DNA of 64,000 bases from an uncultured delta proteobacterium (GTDB lineage: Bacteria > Desulfobacterota > Zymogenia > Zymogenales > Zymogenaceae), in assembly GCA_963735595.1 (NCBI GenBank), contig CAVTLK010000001.1, positions 896,001 to 960,000 of the forward strand, in the 5' to 3' direction. This document shows positions 10,045-19,257 of this stretch, piece after piece (the stretch's first letter is position 1; the number at the start of each line of letters is the position of its first letter). Under the pieces are notes generated by a model, which was given only the letters and a program-made list of their open reading frames with translations, was not told where the DNA came from and made no database searches. A program made the translations under genes and the position numbers.

Positions 10045-10156
10045 AAATATATTCTCCTCACTTTTACGAGCTAAATCGATTAGTAGTATTAGTGGCAAAA
10101 TACGTCGCGTCTTTTGTTGTCACCTTCTCACCCAATCCCCTCCCTCCAACCTATCC

Positions 10157-10462
10157 CTACCTAAACGTTTTCCCCGCCCGGAACCGCTTGTTCATCCGCC
10201 ATACCTCGTATATCATGACCACCGCCAGCGCGAGCAGCCCGATCTCATCGCCCCGGCCGAACCGTTCGCCGGCCAATGCTACGACGCAGCCGGCAAAGAC
10301 AATGAAGATCGCCAGCGCCACGAGCACCGCGTTGCGCGTCCGCGCTTTCACCGACCTCATCAGCAGCCGGAACAGCGCCACGGCGGCCACGATGATAATC
10401 GCGTACCGCAACACCATCCCCGCGTGCGACCCGAGCTCATACGGTGTCAAATCGTCTTCCAT
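10157..10462 (-). CDS. Small membrane protein (3 predicted TM helices)
   Basis: ORF 10157..10510, likely start MEDDLTPY; hydrophobic segments. Confidence 0.55.
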   Translation of the reverse strand: MEDDLTPYELGSHAGMVLRYAIIIVAAVALFRLLMRSVKARTRNAVLVALAIFIVFAGCVVALAGERFGRGDEIGLLALAVVMIYEVWRMNKRFRAGKTFR

Positions 10463-10730
10463 CGTAAGGCCTGCGAGGGGATAAGTCTTTCGTTGCCGCT
10501 TCCCGGACAAACCGGGACCGAAAGAGGCTTATCCTCCGATTACTGCAATTATATTTGCTGCCTGGATACTGGATCTGCACGAGCACCCTCCACCCGCGAT
10601 CCGCAAGAAAACTTTAGAGATGATATTTGTTAAATAAGCATATATGGAATATTTTGTCAAGGGATATGAATTCTGCGGAGAATTGTAGGGATTTAAAAGA
10701 TTCGGTGGCCGAAAGGGGGCCTACTCGATA

Positions 10731-10926
10731 GTCAGGGGATTGCCACGCCGCCCTTACGGGCGGCTCGCAATGACAATGATGATCGTCATTGCGAGGAGGG
10801 CGTAGCCCGACGAAGCAATCTCGTGTCCGGCAAACGGAACGGACGTACTAACCACGAACGTACAAAGACACGAAGGGGAAAAGAGAGAATGTTCTTTTCT
10901 TTGTGCCTTTGTGTCTTCGTGGTGAA
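10731..10926. repeat. Composite repeat cluster: two GTCATTGCGAG...GCAATC palindromes plus an ACCACGAA/CACAAAG inverted-repeat element
   Basis: 10731-10774 is nearly identical to 11331-11374; 10784-10825 is identical to 17729-17770; 10851-10923 resembles 17796-17869. Confidence 0.85.
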
Positions 10927-10967
10927 AAGAGCTTCCCTTCACCTTTCCCCTGCACGGGTTAAACAGA

Positions 10968-11129
10968 CTACCCCCGGCAATTACCGGCCCTTTGTTTTCC
11001 CTTACATTCTTCGCAGAGTTCCTCATCGGGCGGTTTCGTTTCCTGTTCATCGTACTTGCTTAACGGCCAGCCGGAGCAGTTTTTACACCAGTGCCAAAGG
11101 TCTTTGCCTTTTCCCCTGCGATAGGTCAT
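10968..11129 (-). CDS. 53-aa Cys-rich small protein, probably metal-binding; below ORF-track cutoff
   Basis: MTYRRGKGKDLWHWCKNCSGWPLSKYDEQETKPPDEELCEECKGKQRAGNCRG*, with HxCxxC and CxxC; GAGG upstream. Confidence 0.65.
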   Translation of the reverse strand: MTYRRGKGKDLWHWCKNCSGWPLSKYDEQETKPPDEELCEECKGKQRAGNCRG

Positions 11130-11330
11130 GACATGCCTCGTTCAGAATAGATTCGTAAAGGAGTATCCGGGAAAGGGGTTACACCTCCGCCCGGCCCGTA
11201 TCGGTTGGGGTGTAGGACGCTTCCCTTTTCCCTTGACCCGACTATATTCAAAACCGTTACGCCGGTCAACTAAATAAATATACAGGTATTTTATGGAATC
11301 GGGCCGGTAACGTATCGTCCCTTGGTGACA

Positions 11331-11374
11331 GTCAGGGGATTGCCACGCCGCCCTTTCGGGCGGCTCGCAATGAC
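11331..11374. repeat. GTCATTGCGAG-family palindromic element (reverse orientation)
   Basis: gtcaggggattgccacgccgccctttcgggcggctcgcaatgac, 1 mismatch versus 10731-10774. Confidence 0.85.
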
Positions 11375-11405
11375 GGTGGAAACGAGGTCGCAACGGCCCC
11401 CGCCC

Positions 11406-11771
11406 TTAATCCCAGTTCCCTATTTCCTCGAAGATAAGCGCCATCTTCTTGCACTTGGGGCACAGGAAATTGGTATCCGGGAGCTTAAAGAACTCGTCCT
11501 TATCGGCGATTCTCCAGACGAACAGGTAATCGTACCGTTTCTTTCCCGAAGCATCCTGGACGGAAGGGTCGTCGTAGAAGGTGACTTTCGCTTCGCATCC
11601 GGGGCAGCGGGCGGCGTCCCCGGCCATGTAGTTGCGCACGAGGAACTCGTTGCAGTGGAGGCAGATCGCCGGCGCGTTGCACGTCTCCATGAAGTTCACG
11701 AACCCGGCGCCGACGTAGATATCGCCCGTGTCAAAACCGCACTTACACAGGCCGCGCAATATGCTTCCCAT
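11406..11771 (-). CDS. Multi-Cys zinc-ribbon protein (CxC plus 3 CxxC)
   Basis: CKCG, CLHC, CPGC, CPKC; close paralog at 13837..14205. Confidence 0.75.
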   Translation of the reverse strand: MGSILRGLCKCGFDTGDIYVGAGFVNFMETCNAPAICLHCNEFLVRNYMAGDAARCPGCEAKVTFYDDPSVQDASGKKRYDYLFVWRIADKDEFFKLPDTNFLCPKCKKMALIFEEIGNWD

Positions 11772-11948
11772 ACGTACCCGTTCAAGGGGGAAAGTGAAAC
11801 GGAGGCAGTGGTCCGCCGGACCCGTTGTCTTCGCCCGCCCGGCGAAACCGCGGGGAACCGCGCCCGCTGCCGCGATGTCTTAGTATAGTGGAGATCGGCC
11901 CATTAAGCAAATACTAAAAACTTCCATACGGTTTTCGCCTGGTCTTAC

Positions 11949-12032
11949 GAATTAAGGGGACACCATACTTAATTCATTATACTCCTCGCATAAACAAAGA
12001 AACCGGAATTAAGTATGGTATCCCCTTAATTC
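11949..12032. repeat. 27-bp inverted repeat pair (MITE/REP-like)
   Basis: gaattaaggggacaccatacttaattc (11949-11975) and gaattaagtatggtatccccttaattc (12006-12032), 26/27 complementary. Confidence 0.75.
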
Positions 12033-12064
12033 CGGCAGTGACGCATTCGGGGCAGCAGTGATAC

Positions 12065-12091
12065 AAAAAAAGGGCGGCTTAAGGGCCGCCC
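12065..12091 (-). terminator. Rho-independent terminator of the enoyl-CoA hydratase gene
   Basis: Minus strand gggcggc-ccttaa-gccgccc followed by a T7 run. Confidence 0.65.
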
Positions 12092-12150
12092 CGGCGGGTT
12101 CGAACACGGACCGTCCTTACAGGCGGCAGGGGCCCGGACGCGTCCGTTGC

Positions 12151-12873
12151 TCAATCCGTCGTCATCAGGTCGAGCGTATCGACGTAGGGCTTATTCTGGG
12201 TGTCGATGACCTCGATGACCGCCCGGTTCATCCGCCGCTTCATCTCGGCAAAGATCGGCCGGTTCTTTTGGAAGGTCCGCGCAAAGGCGACGGCCTCGGC
12301 CATCAGCGTCTCCGCGTTTTCGGTGACTTTCACGAAGATGTGGTCTGCCTCGAGGTCACGCGCTGTGTAGCGCCTGCCGGTCAAAAACATCTCGTCCAGC
12401 CGGTAGAGGGGGATCGCCTTCTTGCAGATGGCCATCAGGCCCGGGAGAAGCGGGATATTGATATCCACCTCGGGGTAGAAGAAATAGCCCCGGTCCCCGC
12501 GCATGAACCGGAAGTCGCAGGCGCAGGCGAGGTTGGCGCCGTTTGCCGCCGCGTGCCCGTTGATCGCCGCGATCACCGGCATCGGGAAGGTAAGGATCCG
12601 CTTGAATACGCCGTCCATGGCGTAGAGGAAGGACCGGGCGGCGTCCTGCTCGTTTTTCGAGACCCTCTCCATCATCCAGGCGACGTCAAATCCCTGGGAC
12701 CAGTTCTTCGGGTCGCTGCTGGTAATGACGATGGCCTTGACGCCCGGGTCTTTCTCGATATCGTCGAGCACGCCGTTTATGGCGTCCACGAAGGCGGCGT
12801 TCTGCCGGTTTTCCCCGTTGTTCATGACGACGATCGCCACGCTCTCGTCTTTCTTCCATTCGATTATCGACAT
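12151..12873 (-). CDS. Enoyl-CoA hydratase/isomerase (crotonase) family
   Basis: WSQGFD, PVIAAINGHAAANG, ACDFRFM, PEVDINIP. Confidence 0.9.
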   Translation of the reverse strand: MSIIEWKKDESVAIVVMNNGENRQNAAFVDAINGVLDDIEKDPGVKAIVITSSDPKNWSQGFDVAWMMERVSKNEQDAARSFLYAMDGVFKRILTFPMPVIAAINGHAAANGANLACACDFRFMRGDRGYFFYPEVDINIPLLPGLMAICKKAIPLYRLDEMFLTGRRYTARDLEADHIFVKVTENAETLMAEAVAFARTFQKNRPIFAEMKRRMNRAVIEVIDTQNKPYVDTLDLMTTD

Positions 12874-13418
12874 GGTACGCTCCTGTATTTTGTCGTCGAT
12901 GCCTTTTTTAGCCAGGCGTATTCGCGGGACTGTTTCCCCGAAACAGGCGGAGGCCCGGGTCCCACGATTGACAGACCACAGGCCCTTCCACCGGTCGGCC
13001 CATTATTATTGCAAACGGGGCTTTTTGTCAAGCGAGAGCCGTTCCGCTGCGTCGTGTCGGGAGTCTTGAGGGGCGGTGTTTAAACGATTTGGTGAGGAAT
13101 AACTGAATAGAATTCCGCCCATTATTTTGCACCCCGCATAATAATCATCACTATACGGGTCTATTTAACCCACCATGCGGCCGCGTTCCTTGAGAGTAAC
13201 CGGGCACGGAAATCATTGAAACCAAAAAAGTACCTGTTATCAATATATTAAACGGTGGTGACGCCGCCGGTGACTACAAGAAATAATGGGCGGCGGGTTC
13301 TACTATGGCATGATTATTGCTTTATAGTAGTTCACGGAGATACTCCATTATTGCTGAAGTAAGGACAACGAATCGGTCAACAGTTAAAGATTCCGACACC
13401 CTGAAGGGGGGTAGACAT

Positions 13419-13697
13419 ATGCCAAAGACATTCTGCTACGTAGTGTATCCCGACCAGATGGACGAGAACGGGTTTATTCCCTCGGTCATATATTCCGGTC
13501 TTACGATACAGCACCCACTTATGGGAAAGGGACTGCGCGCCGCCCCCCATTATTGGGGCAAGACATGGGAAGAGGCCCAAAGGATATGCCGGGAAAGAAA
13601 TGAGGGGCTTGGGCTGACAAAGGAAGACGTCGCAGACATTATAGCGTCGTCTGAGAAAGCGCGTGAGAAGAGACCGAAATCGAAGATCGACCGCTAA
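13419..13697 (+). CDS. Hypothetical protein
   Basis: Purine-rich RBS before ATG 13419; 92 aa. Confidence 0.55.
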   Translation: MPKTFCYVVYPDQMDENGFIPSVIYSGLTIQHPLMGKGLRAAPHYWGKTWEEAQRICRERNEGLGLTKEDVADIIASSEKAREKRPKSKIDR

Positions 13698-13836
13698 CAA
13701 ACCGGGGAGTTCCATTCGCTTTGTAAGTTATTCGTTGACCATTACCCTATAGTTTATATATGCTCAGCGGCTAAATATTTCCCTCCCGACGTACCGGGAG
13801 CCGTAAAATAACCATTACTCAAGCGGGTCGGTCGTT

Positions 13837-14205
13837 ATGGGAAACATATTAAGGGGCCTCTGCCAGTGCGGTTTCGATACAACCGAAATCTTCGTCGGCG
13901 GCGGTTTTACGAATTTCATGGACACGTGTAACGCTCCGGCGATTTGCCTGCACTGTAATGAACTCCTGGTAAGGAATTACGTGGATCGGAATACCGCGCG
14001 ATGCCCCAGGTGCCGCAATACGGTAACCTTTTATGACGACCCCTCAGTCGAAGGTCCCTGGACGGAAACCGGGGAATACGACTACCTCGTTGCGTTGAGA
14101 ATCGCCGATACGGGCAAATTCTTCAAACTGGCGGACACCGAGCACCTTTGCCCGAAGTGTAAAAACATGACGCTTATATTTGAAGATAAAGGGCGCTGGG
14201 ATTAG
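13837..14205 (+). CDS. Multi-Cys zinc-ribbon protein, paralog of 11406..11771
   Basis: Same Cys pattern, shared segments CNAPAICLHCNE and VTFYDDPSV, C-terminal WD. Confidence 0.75.
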   Translation: MGNILRGLCQCGFDTTEIFVGGGFTNFMDTCNAPAICLHCNELLVRNYVDRNTARCPRCRNTVTFYDDPSVEGPWTETGEYDYLVALRIADTGKFFKLADTEHLCPKCKNMTLIFEDKGRWD

Positions 14206-14302
14206 TGAAAAGATCACGTGGGGTCGGCGGGCGCGCCCCGGGCACCACGAGACGGCGGCTCGACTCGACGGTTTGTCGAGGGCCTAAAGCGGCCGGCACA
14301 AT

Positions 14303-14331
14303 AAAACGGGGGGGAACAATCATTCCCCCCC
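14303..14331. terminator. Hairpin terminator between convergent genes
   Basis: cgggggggaa-caatca-ttccccccc stem preceded by an A-run. Confidence 0.5.
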
Positions 14332-14372
14332 GATAGGTATACGCCTCGACGCGCGGTCCCTGCCGCGTGTCC

Positions 14373-14891
14373 CTATTTCGGTATCGGCGTGAAGGTCCAG
14401 TCCATATCCTTGACCTGCGCGTGACAGGCGATACACCCCTCGCCCTTTTCCGTAAACATCGTCTTTACCGCCTCGCCTTCGAGATCGGAAACACCCATCC
14501 CGTCGTACTTCGCCCAGTACCAGTCGCCGCCCTCCGGATAGTACCCCGCAACCTTGTACATGATGGTATAGGCCCCAAGGGCCTTGTCGGGACCGTAGTT
14601 CTTCTTGACGATCAACGACCCGTCGTCAAACGTCGCGTTCTTGGCCTCGATGGATTTCATGGCGACGTCGTTGACCAGGATCGTTACAAAGGCCCCGTGC
14701 GGAGATTTTCCCGGCGTCATCTCGGTCGACCCCGGGAAGATCGCGTAGGTCGACATGCCCTCGGTCATCATGGCGTAAACGTCTGCGGCGTTGACCGTGA
14801 CCGGCGCCATTTCCTCGGCCGGTTTCTGGGAGCAGGCAAAGACGAGACCTGCAATGGCAATGGCAATTACGAGAATAGATAATCGACGCAT
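14373..14891 (-). CDS. Cytochrome P460 / c'-beta family monoheme lipoprotein
   Basis: Lipobox VFAC; FDDGSLIVK, IMYK..GY.PEGGDWYWAKY, C-terminal CIACH heme motif. Confidence 0.8.
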   Translation of the reverse strand: MRRLSILVIAIAIAGLVFACSQKPAEEMAPVTVNAADVYAMMTEGMSTYAIFPGSTEMTPGKSPHGAFVTILVNDVAMKSIEAKNATFDDGSLIVKKNYGPDKALGAYTIMYKVAGYYPEGGDWYWAKYDGMGVSDLEGEAVKTMFTEKGEGCIACHAQVKDMDWTFTPIPK

Positions 14892-15126
14892 CGCATCCTC
14901 CTTCTTAAAACCTTTTTACCATGAAAACAGGGGTCTCGGGAATGGAGCTATGACGGTCGAGAGGAGATTTCGGTGACCCGGTTGAACACCGTCATCACAA
15001 AACGCTCAAATACTATACCATATGAACGGAAAGAAGTAAACAGGAAGAACGGGCGGCTCGCGACGCGTCCCTGCAGAAAAGACGGACATCACATACGGCG
15101 TCCCGACGAATCTAATACGAATCGTC

Positions 15127-15390
15127 CTACGGCCTTCTTTTCCATTTGCGGATCCCCATGATCCCTTGCGCGATAAAGTTGGCACCGGCAAACAGGAACA
15201 GTGCGGTGCCCAGTATCGCCGGCAACAGGTCGTTGTTCTTCCAGACGAGATACGACGACGCCAACAGCGCCGCTCCGAGGCACATGAAGAAGACGGTGAG
15301 GAATTTCCTCAGCAGTCCCATAGCAAGCCGGTAGTTCCGGTTTCTACCCCGCGGCGGTTCGGGGGTCATGGCGGGAAAATCCGGCATCAT
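15127..15390 (-). CDS. Small 2-TM membrane protein
   Basis: Paralog of 15570..15833 (MTP.PP..RN..Y; SYLVW.NND). Confidence 0.65.
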   Translation of the reverse strand: MMPDFPAMTPEPPRGRNRNYRLAMGLLRKFLTVFFMCLGAALLASSYLVWKNNDLLPAILGTALFLFAGANFIAQGIMGIRKWKRRP

Positions 15391-15500
15391 CTGACTCCGT
15401 CGGCGTTAAAGAGAAAACCGGCGGCATGAATGCCGCCCCTGCGGATTCCAACACGGTACGACGCATTGACAACCCGCAGCGACCCAGGCGCGCCGTGTCC

Positions 15501-15534
15501 GAGATTGCCTCGTCGCGTTGCTCCCCGCAATGAC
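15501..15534. repeat. GTCATTGCGAG-family element (reverse orientation)
   Basis: gagattgcctcgtcgcgttgctccccgcaatgac. Confidence 0.7.
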
Positions 15535-15569
15535 GGGTTGTTATTGAGCGGTTGTCACCCGGCCGTAAC

Positions 15570-15833
15570 CTACGTCCCTCTTCTCCATTTCGTTAGCGAC
15601 TTTACACCCATGGTGATGAAGCCGGCCCCGCCGACGAGAAACAGCGCCGAGCCCGCCATCTTCTCAACCACGTCGTTATTCTCCCAGACAAGATACGATA
15701 ACAGCACCAGAGCGGTGCCGACGCAAAAGTATACGACGGCGACAGATATCCCCCATATCTTCTGAAGCAACGGATACCTTCGGTTCCGGCTCGGTGGCGG
15801 TCCGGGGGTCATATCGGGAGAGTCCTGCATCAT
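15570..15833 (-). CDS. Small 2-TM membrane protein
   Basis: Tandem paralog of 15127..15390. Confidence 0.65.
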   Translation of the reverse strand: MMQDSPDMTPGPPPSRNRRYPLLQKIWGISVAVVYFCVGTALVLLSYLVWENNDVVEKMAGSALFLVGGAGFITMGVKSLTKWRRGT

Positions 15834-15881
15834 CTGCCTCCATCGGAGCTTGAAGGAAGTTTTACCGCCGCGGCGCGTCGG

Positions 15882-16334
15882 TTAATCGCCCCATCTCGCG
15901 AAAACGATTCCGTCCAGCGCGTCCCACCGGTCGTATTCCAGGAGCCACCGCCCGCCGTCGGTTACACCGTTAAGATCGTCGAGCACGAGCGTCACGGCCT
16001 TCGTATTTCCGTCCAGGTCGGTTATCCCGGCATCCCGAAAGAATCCTCCCGGAAAGCGGCTGCCCGCCGTGCGGGACCTGCCCGAGAATTCCACGTCACG
16101 GACGTCACGAAAGGAAATCCTGTTTCCGTCTGTGTCGCAGAAAAAGGTGCCCGGCGCCGCGCCACAATATCCCCGGCCCCCGAGGGAGAAGTTATTCACA
16201 TAGAGGACGTCTCCCCCGCTCGTATGGATTTCAGCGGTATACCCCGTATCTTCCGAAAGGCACGGGAACGGCCCCGCGAGAAACGCCGTCAGAAAAAGAA
16301 TGGAGCAGAAAAACAGCGCCTTCCCGAGTTTCAT
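15882..16334 (-). CDS. Exported hypothetical protein
   Basis: GGAG RBS, MKLGKALFF signal peptide. Confidence 0.55.
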   Translation of the reverse strand: MKLGKALFFCSILFLTAFLAGPFPCLSEDTGYTAEIHTSGGDVLYVNNFSLGGRGYCGAAPGTFFCDTDGNRISFRDVRDVEFSGRSRTAGSRFPGGFFRDAGITDLDGNTKAVTLVLDDLNGVTDGGRWLLEYDRWDALDGIVFARWGD

Positions 16335-16432
16335 CGTGTTTTCTCCGTCCTTCGCAAAGCGGTCCGCCCCCGCCGGTTCAAACACGAAACGGGTTTATGG
16401 TACATGGAGAGAACGCCTGCCGCGTCCGGACC

Positions 16433-17545
16433 TCACCCCTTTTCCCTGACCATCTCCAGGAACGCGGTCCAGTTCTTCAAGGGCACGTCGGGGGGGACAA
16501 CATGGTCGATGGCCGGGATAAAGCCGCCCCGCACAAGCATCGGGGGGACGAAGGCGTCCACCATCCGCTGGACGTCGGATACTTCCTTGGCAAGCTCGCG
16601 CTTGTCCAGCCCGCCCCAGATGATCAGGCCGGGATGTGCTTCCCTCACCGCGCGGATATCCATGCCCGCCTGCACCTCGAAGGGCAGGAACATATTGACC
16701 CCCGCCTCCCAGAAGAGAGGGATAAGGATATCGAGGTTGCCGTCCGAATCCACCGCGAATACCCGAATGTCCGTATCGGCCTTGACCGAGTCGATCAGCC
16801 GCCGGTAATAGGGCGTCATGAACTCCCGGAAGGCCCCCGGCGAGATCATTGGGCCGTTCTTATAGGACATATCCTCCCAGAAGTATATATAGTCCACGGG
16901 GGAGCGCTGCCTGATCTTCTTGATAAGCGCCTCGTGCATGACCACCCAGTTCTCCGCGATCGCCTTCAAGAGCTCCGGGTCCCGCCTGAGCGCCACCGAC
17001 AGCCCCACCAGCCCCATCAGGTGGCGGTACGTCCCGAACAACCCGCAGAGGACAGCAGACGTGAAGGTATCGTCCCCGGGGGCAACGGCCATCCCGATCA
17101 TGATATCCAGCACGTCGGTAAAACGGCCGGGGCTCTCGGGGTCAAGCCGGCCCTTGATATCCAGAAAGTCGCGCATGGTCTTTACCGGGTGGTCAAGCTC
17201 CTGGGGAATGGTGGAGCGGCCGTCGGCCATTACCCGTATGGTCTTTCCCGCGGAGTCCGTCTTGATGATGTACTGCTCATCCCGGCTCAGGACCTTCTCC
17301 TCGAAATTGGGGTAGAACCCCGGGTTGTTGGAGCCGTCCGCCGCGATCGGCAGCCAGCTCATCGAGTCAAAGCCGAAATGGGGCGGGCCGGTGAAGACAT
17401 CGTCGACGACCGACTCCGGGAGGCCCTCGGTGTGCCAGCGGGTGAGCGTCTCGGAGAAGTAACCGATCGTCTCCCGACGGATCGGCCGGTCGGGCCGCTC
17501 GAAGCCGCAGGTCGCATGGAACCGCTCTCTGGTTTTCATAGGCAT
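16433..17545 (-). CDS. Uroporphyrinogen decarboxylase (URO-D/MtaA-like) superfamily protein
   Basis: WEDMSYKNGPMISP..FREF..PYY, DSDGN, PFEVQAG.D, GGLDK, GGFIP.IDH.VPPDV. Confidence 0.85.
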   Translation of the reverse strand: MPMKTRERFHATCGFERPDRPIRRETIGYFSETLTRWHTEGLPESVVDDVFTGPPHFGFDSMSWLPIAADGSNNPGFYPNFEEKVLSRDEQYIIKTDSAGKTIRVMADGRSTIPQELDHPVKTMRDFLDIKGRLDPESPGRFTDVLDIMIGMAVAPGDDTFTSAVLCGLFGTYRHLMGLVGLSVALRRDPELLKAIAENWVVMHEALIKKIRQRSPVDYIYFWEDMSYKNGPMISPGAFREFMTPYYRRLIDSVKADTDIRVFAVDSDGNLDILIPLFWEAGVNMFLPFEVQAGMDIRAVREAHPGLIIWGGLDKRELAKEVSDVQRMVDAFVPPMLVRGGFIPAIDHVVPPDVPLKNWTAFLEMVREKG

Positions 17546-17728
17546 CTCCCCTGTCTTGGCCCTCTTCGTAAATATGACCTGACAGTACGGGCCCATTGTA
17601 TGCCACCCGGTCAATTTTTTCAAGACAAGAGTTGCCGGCGGTCCGTCCTACGGATACTCGTAGGAATCGCCCTTACGCCCCGTCGGGGCACGATTTTTAA
17701 CAATGTCGCCTTTGGCGACGATTATTAT

Positions 17729-17869
17729 CGTCATTGCGAGGAGGGCGTAGCCCGACGAAGCAATCTCGTGCCCGGCGATCGGGGGTAAGGAATTAACCAC
17801 GAAGGCACGAAGACACAAAGGGAGAGAAAGAAAAAGCAGCCTTTCTTTGTGCCTTTGTGCCTTTGTGGT
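17729..17869. repeat. Second copy of the composite GTCATTGCGAG plus ACCACGAAG element
   Basis: 42-nt identity to 10784-10825, then accacgaaggcacgaagacacaaag / ctttgtgcctttgtgcctttgtggt inverted repeat. Confidence 0.85.
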
Positions 17870-17892
17870 AAAATAGTGCCGTTTAAGAAGAC

Positions 17893-17915
17893 GGGGCGGT
17901 ATATATGCCGCCCCT
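17893..17915. repeat. GGGGCGGyATATATGCCGCCCC palindrome (REP-like), copy 1
   Basis: Near-identical copy at 19177-19204. Confidence 0.7.
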
Positions 17916-17977
17916 CTTGATGATTACCAGCAGGAGCACCGGGCCGGTCCGTTCTACCTCACCGGTCCGAAAAACGC

Positions 17978-18880
17978 CTACGCCGCGGCCTCCCCGTCGT
18001 AGGCCCGCTTCAGCGCGGCGATATCGAGCTTCGTCATTCCGAGCATCGCCTTCATGACGCGCGCGGTCTTGCCTGCATCCTTGTCGCGCATCAGCTCCAA
18101 AAGAACCGTGGGAACGACCTGCCACGATACGCCGTATTTATCCGTAAGCCATCCGCACTGTTCCGTCTGCCCGCCCGCCGAGAGCCGCTTCCAGAACTCG
18201 TCCACTTCTTCTTGCGTTCGGCAGTTGATGAGAAACGACACGGCCGGCGTGAACGTGTAGTCCGCCGGGATGTGGCTGTCAAACGCGACGATCTCATACC
18301 CGTCGAGCATGAACCGGGCGTGAGCCACCGCCCCCTCGGGGCCGTCCATGGTCTTGTCGTAGAGCGCCTTGAAGGCGATACCCGAATTCTTGAAAAGCGA
18401 CGCGTAGTAGTTCATCGCCTCTTCCGCCTTCCCCTGGTTCTTATCGACGAACATCAGGGCAGGGGCGATCTTCTGCTTTCGCTCCTCCAAGTAAAACTGC
18501 CACGAGACGCCGTACTTATCGACCAGCCACCCGTACTTCTCGCCGAAGGAATACGCGCCCAGCTCCATGACGGCCCTGCCGCCGTCCATGAGCCGTGCCC
18601 ACATGCGGTCTATCTCGGCTGCCGAGTTATTACTGACGAAAAACGAGACCGCCGGGGTGAATTTGAACTCCGGCCCGCCGTTGAGTGCAGCGAACTGTTG
18701 GCCCTCGAGTTCGAACTCCACCACCATGACCGACCCCTCCGGCTGCCCGGAGGCCCTGGCCGCCTCCTTGTCGAAGCGGGATATGTCCGTCAACCGGGAA
18801 TTCTTGAAAATCGAAACGTAAAACTTCACCACCTCTTCTGCCTGCGTGTCGAACCACAGGTACGGGACTATCTTGTTCAT
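17978..18880 (-). CDS. VOC family / 3-demethylubiquinone-9 3-methyltransferase (PhnB-like), tandem domains
   Basis: KIVPYLWFD.QAEE, ALNGGP.FKFTPAVSF, QCGWLTDKYGVSWQ, domain repeated twice. Confidence 0.9.
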   Translation of the reverse strand: MNKIVPYLWFDTQAEEVVKFYVSIFKNSRLTDISRFDKEAARASGQPEGSVMVVEFELEGQQFAALNGGPEFKFTPAVSFFVSNNSAAEIDRMWARLMDGGRAVMELGAYSFGEKYGWLVDKYGVSWQFYLEERKQKIAPALMFVDKNQGKAEEAMNYYASLFKNSGIAFKALYDKTMDGPEGAVAHARFMLDGYEIVAFDSHIPADYTFTPAVSFLINCRTQEEVDEFWKRLSAGGQTEQCGWLTDKYGVSWQVVPTVLLELMRDKDAGKTARVMKAMLGMTKLDIAALKRAYDGEAAA

Positions 18881-19176
18881 ATCCACCTCCATGGCTGACG
18901 ATCGTTGCTCCACGTGAGTCGTCGTACACTAAGGTCCGGCGGCCATGGCGGCCGATTACCGCCGGCGCCGCCGACCGCGGCTTTTAAAATACTTGAATAT
19001 CGCCCGTACCCGGATACGCTGCTATTTCGCCGGGCGAGCGGCGTCCACCTATCACTACTAATATGATAGCATATATAGACCCGTTTGTCGAGGGGCGTTG
19101 ACAGGAGACCCGGCCGGGACGCATGTCGATTGCTGCCCCATGATTGCAGGCTTTTCCGGGAGCACCAATAATAAAA

Positions 19177-19204
19177 GCAGGGGCGGCATATATGCCGCCC
19201 CTGC
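19177..19204. repeat. Perfect palindrome GCAGGGGCGGCATATATGCCGCCCCTGC (REP-like; possible terminator of the kinase gene)
   Basis: 28-bp palindrome preceded by an A-run. Confidence 0.7.
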
Positions 19205-19257
19205 ACGTTTAAACAAGATGCGCCTTTACGAAGCGTAGGGAAACGGGGCCGTCCGTG

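Noticed and set aside
5337..10144. Imperfect inverted repeat (17/23) at 5337-5359 and 10122-10144 as transposon ends of the AT-rich island
   Set aside because: Low-complexity purine-rich match; no transposase or target duplication seen
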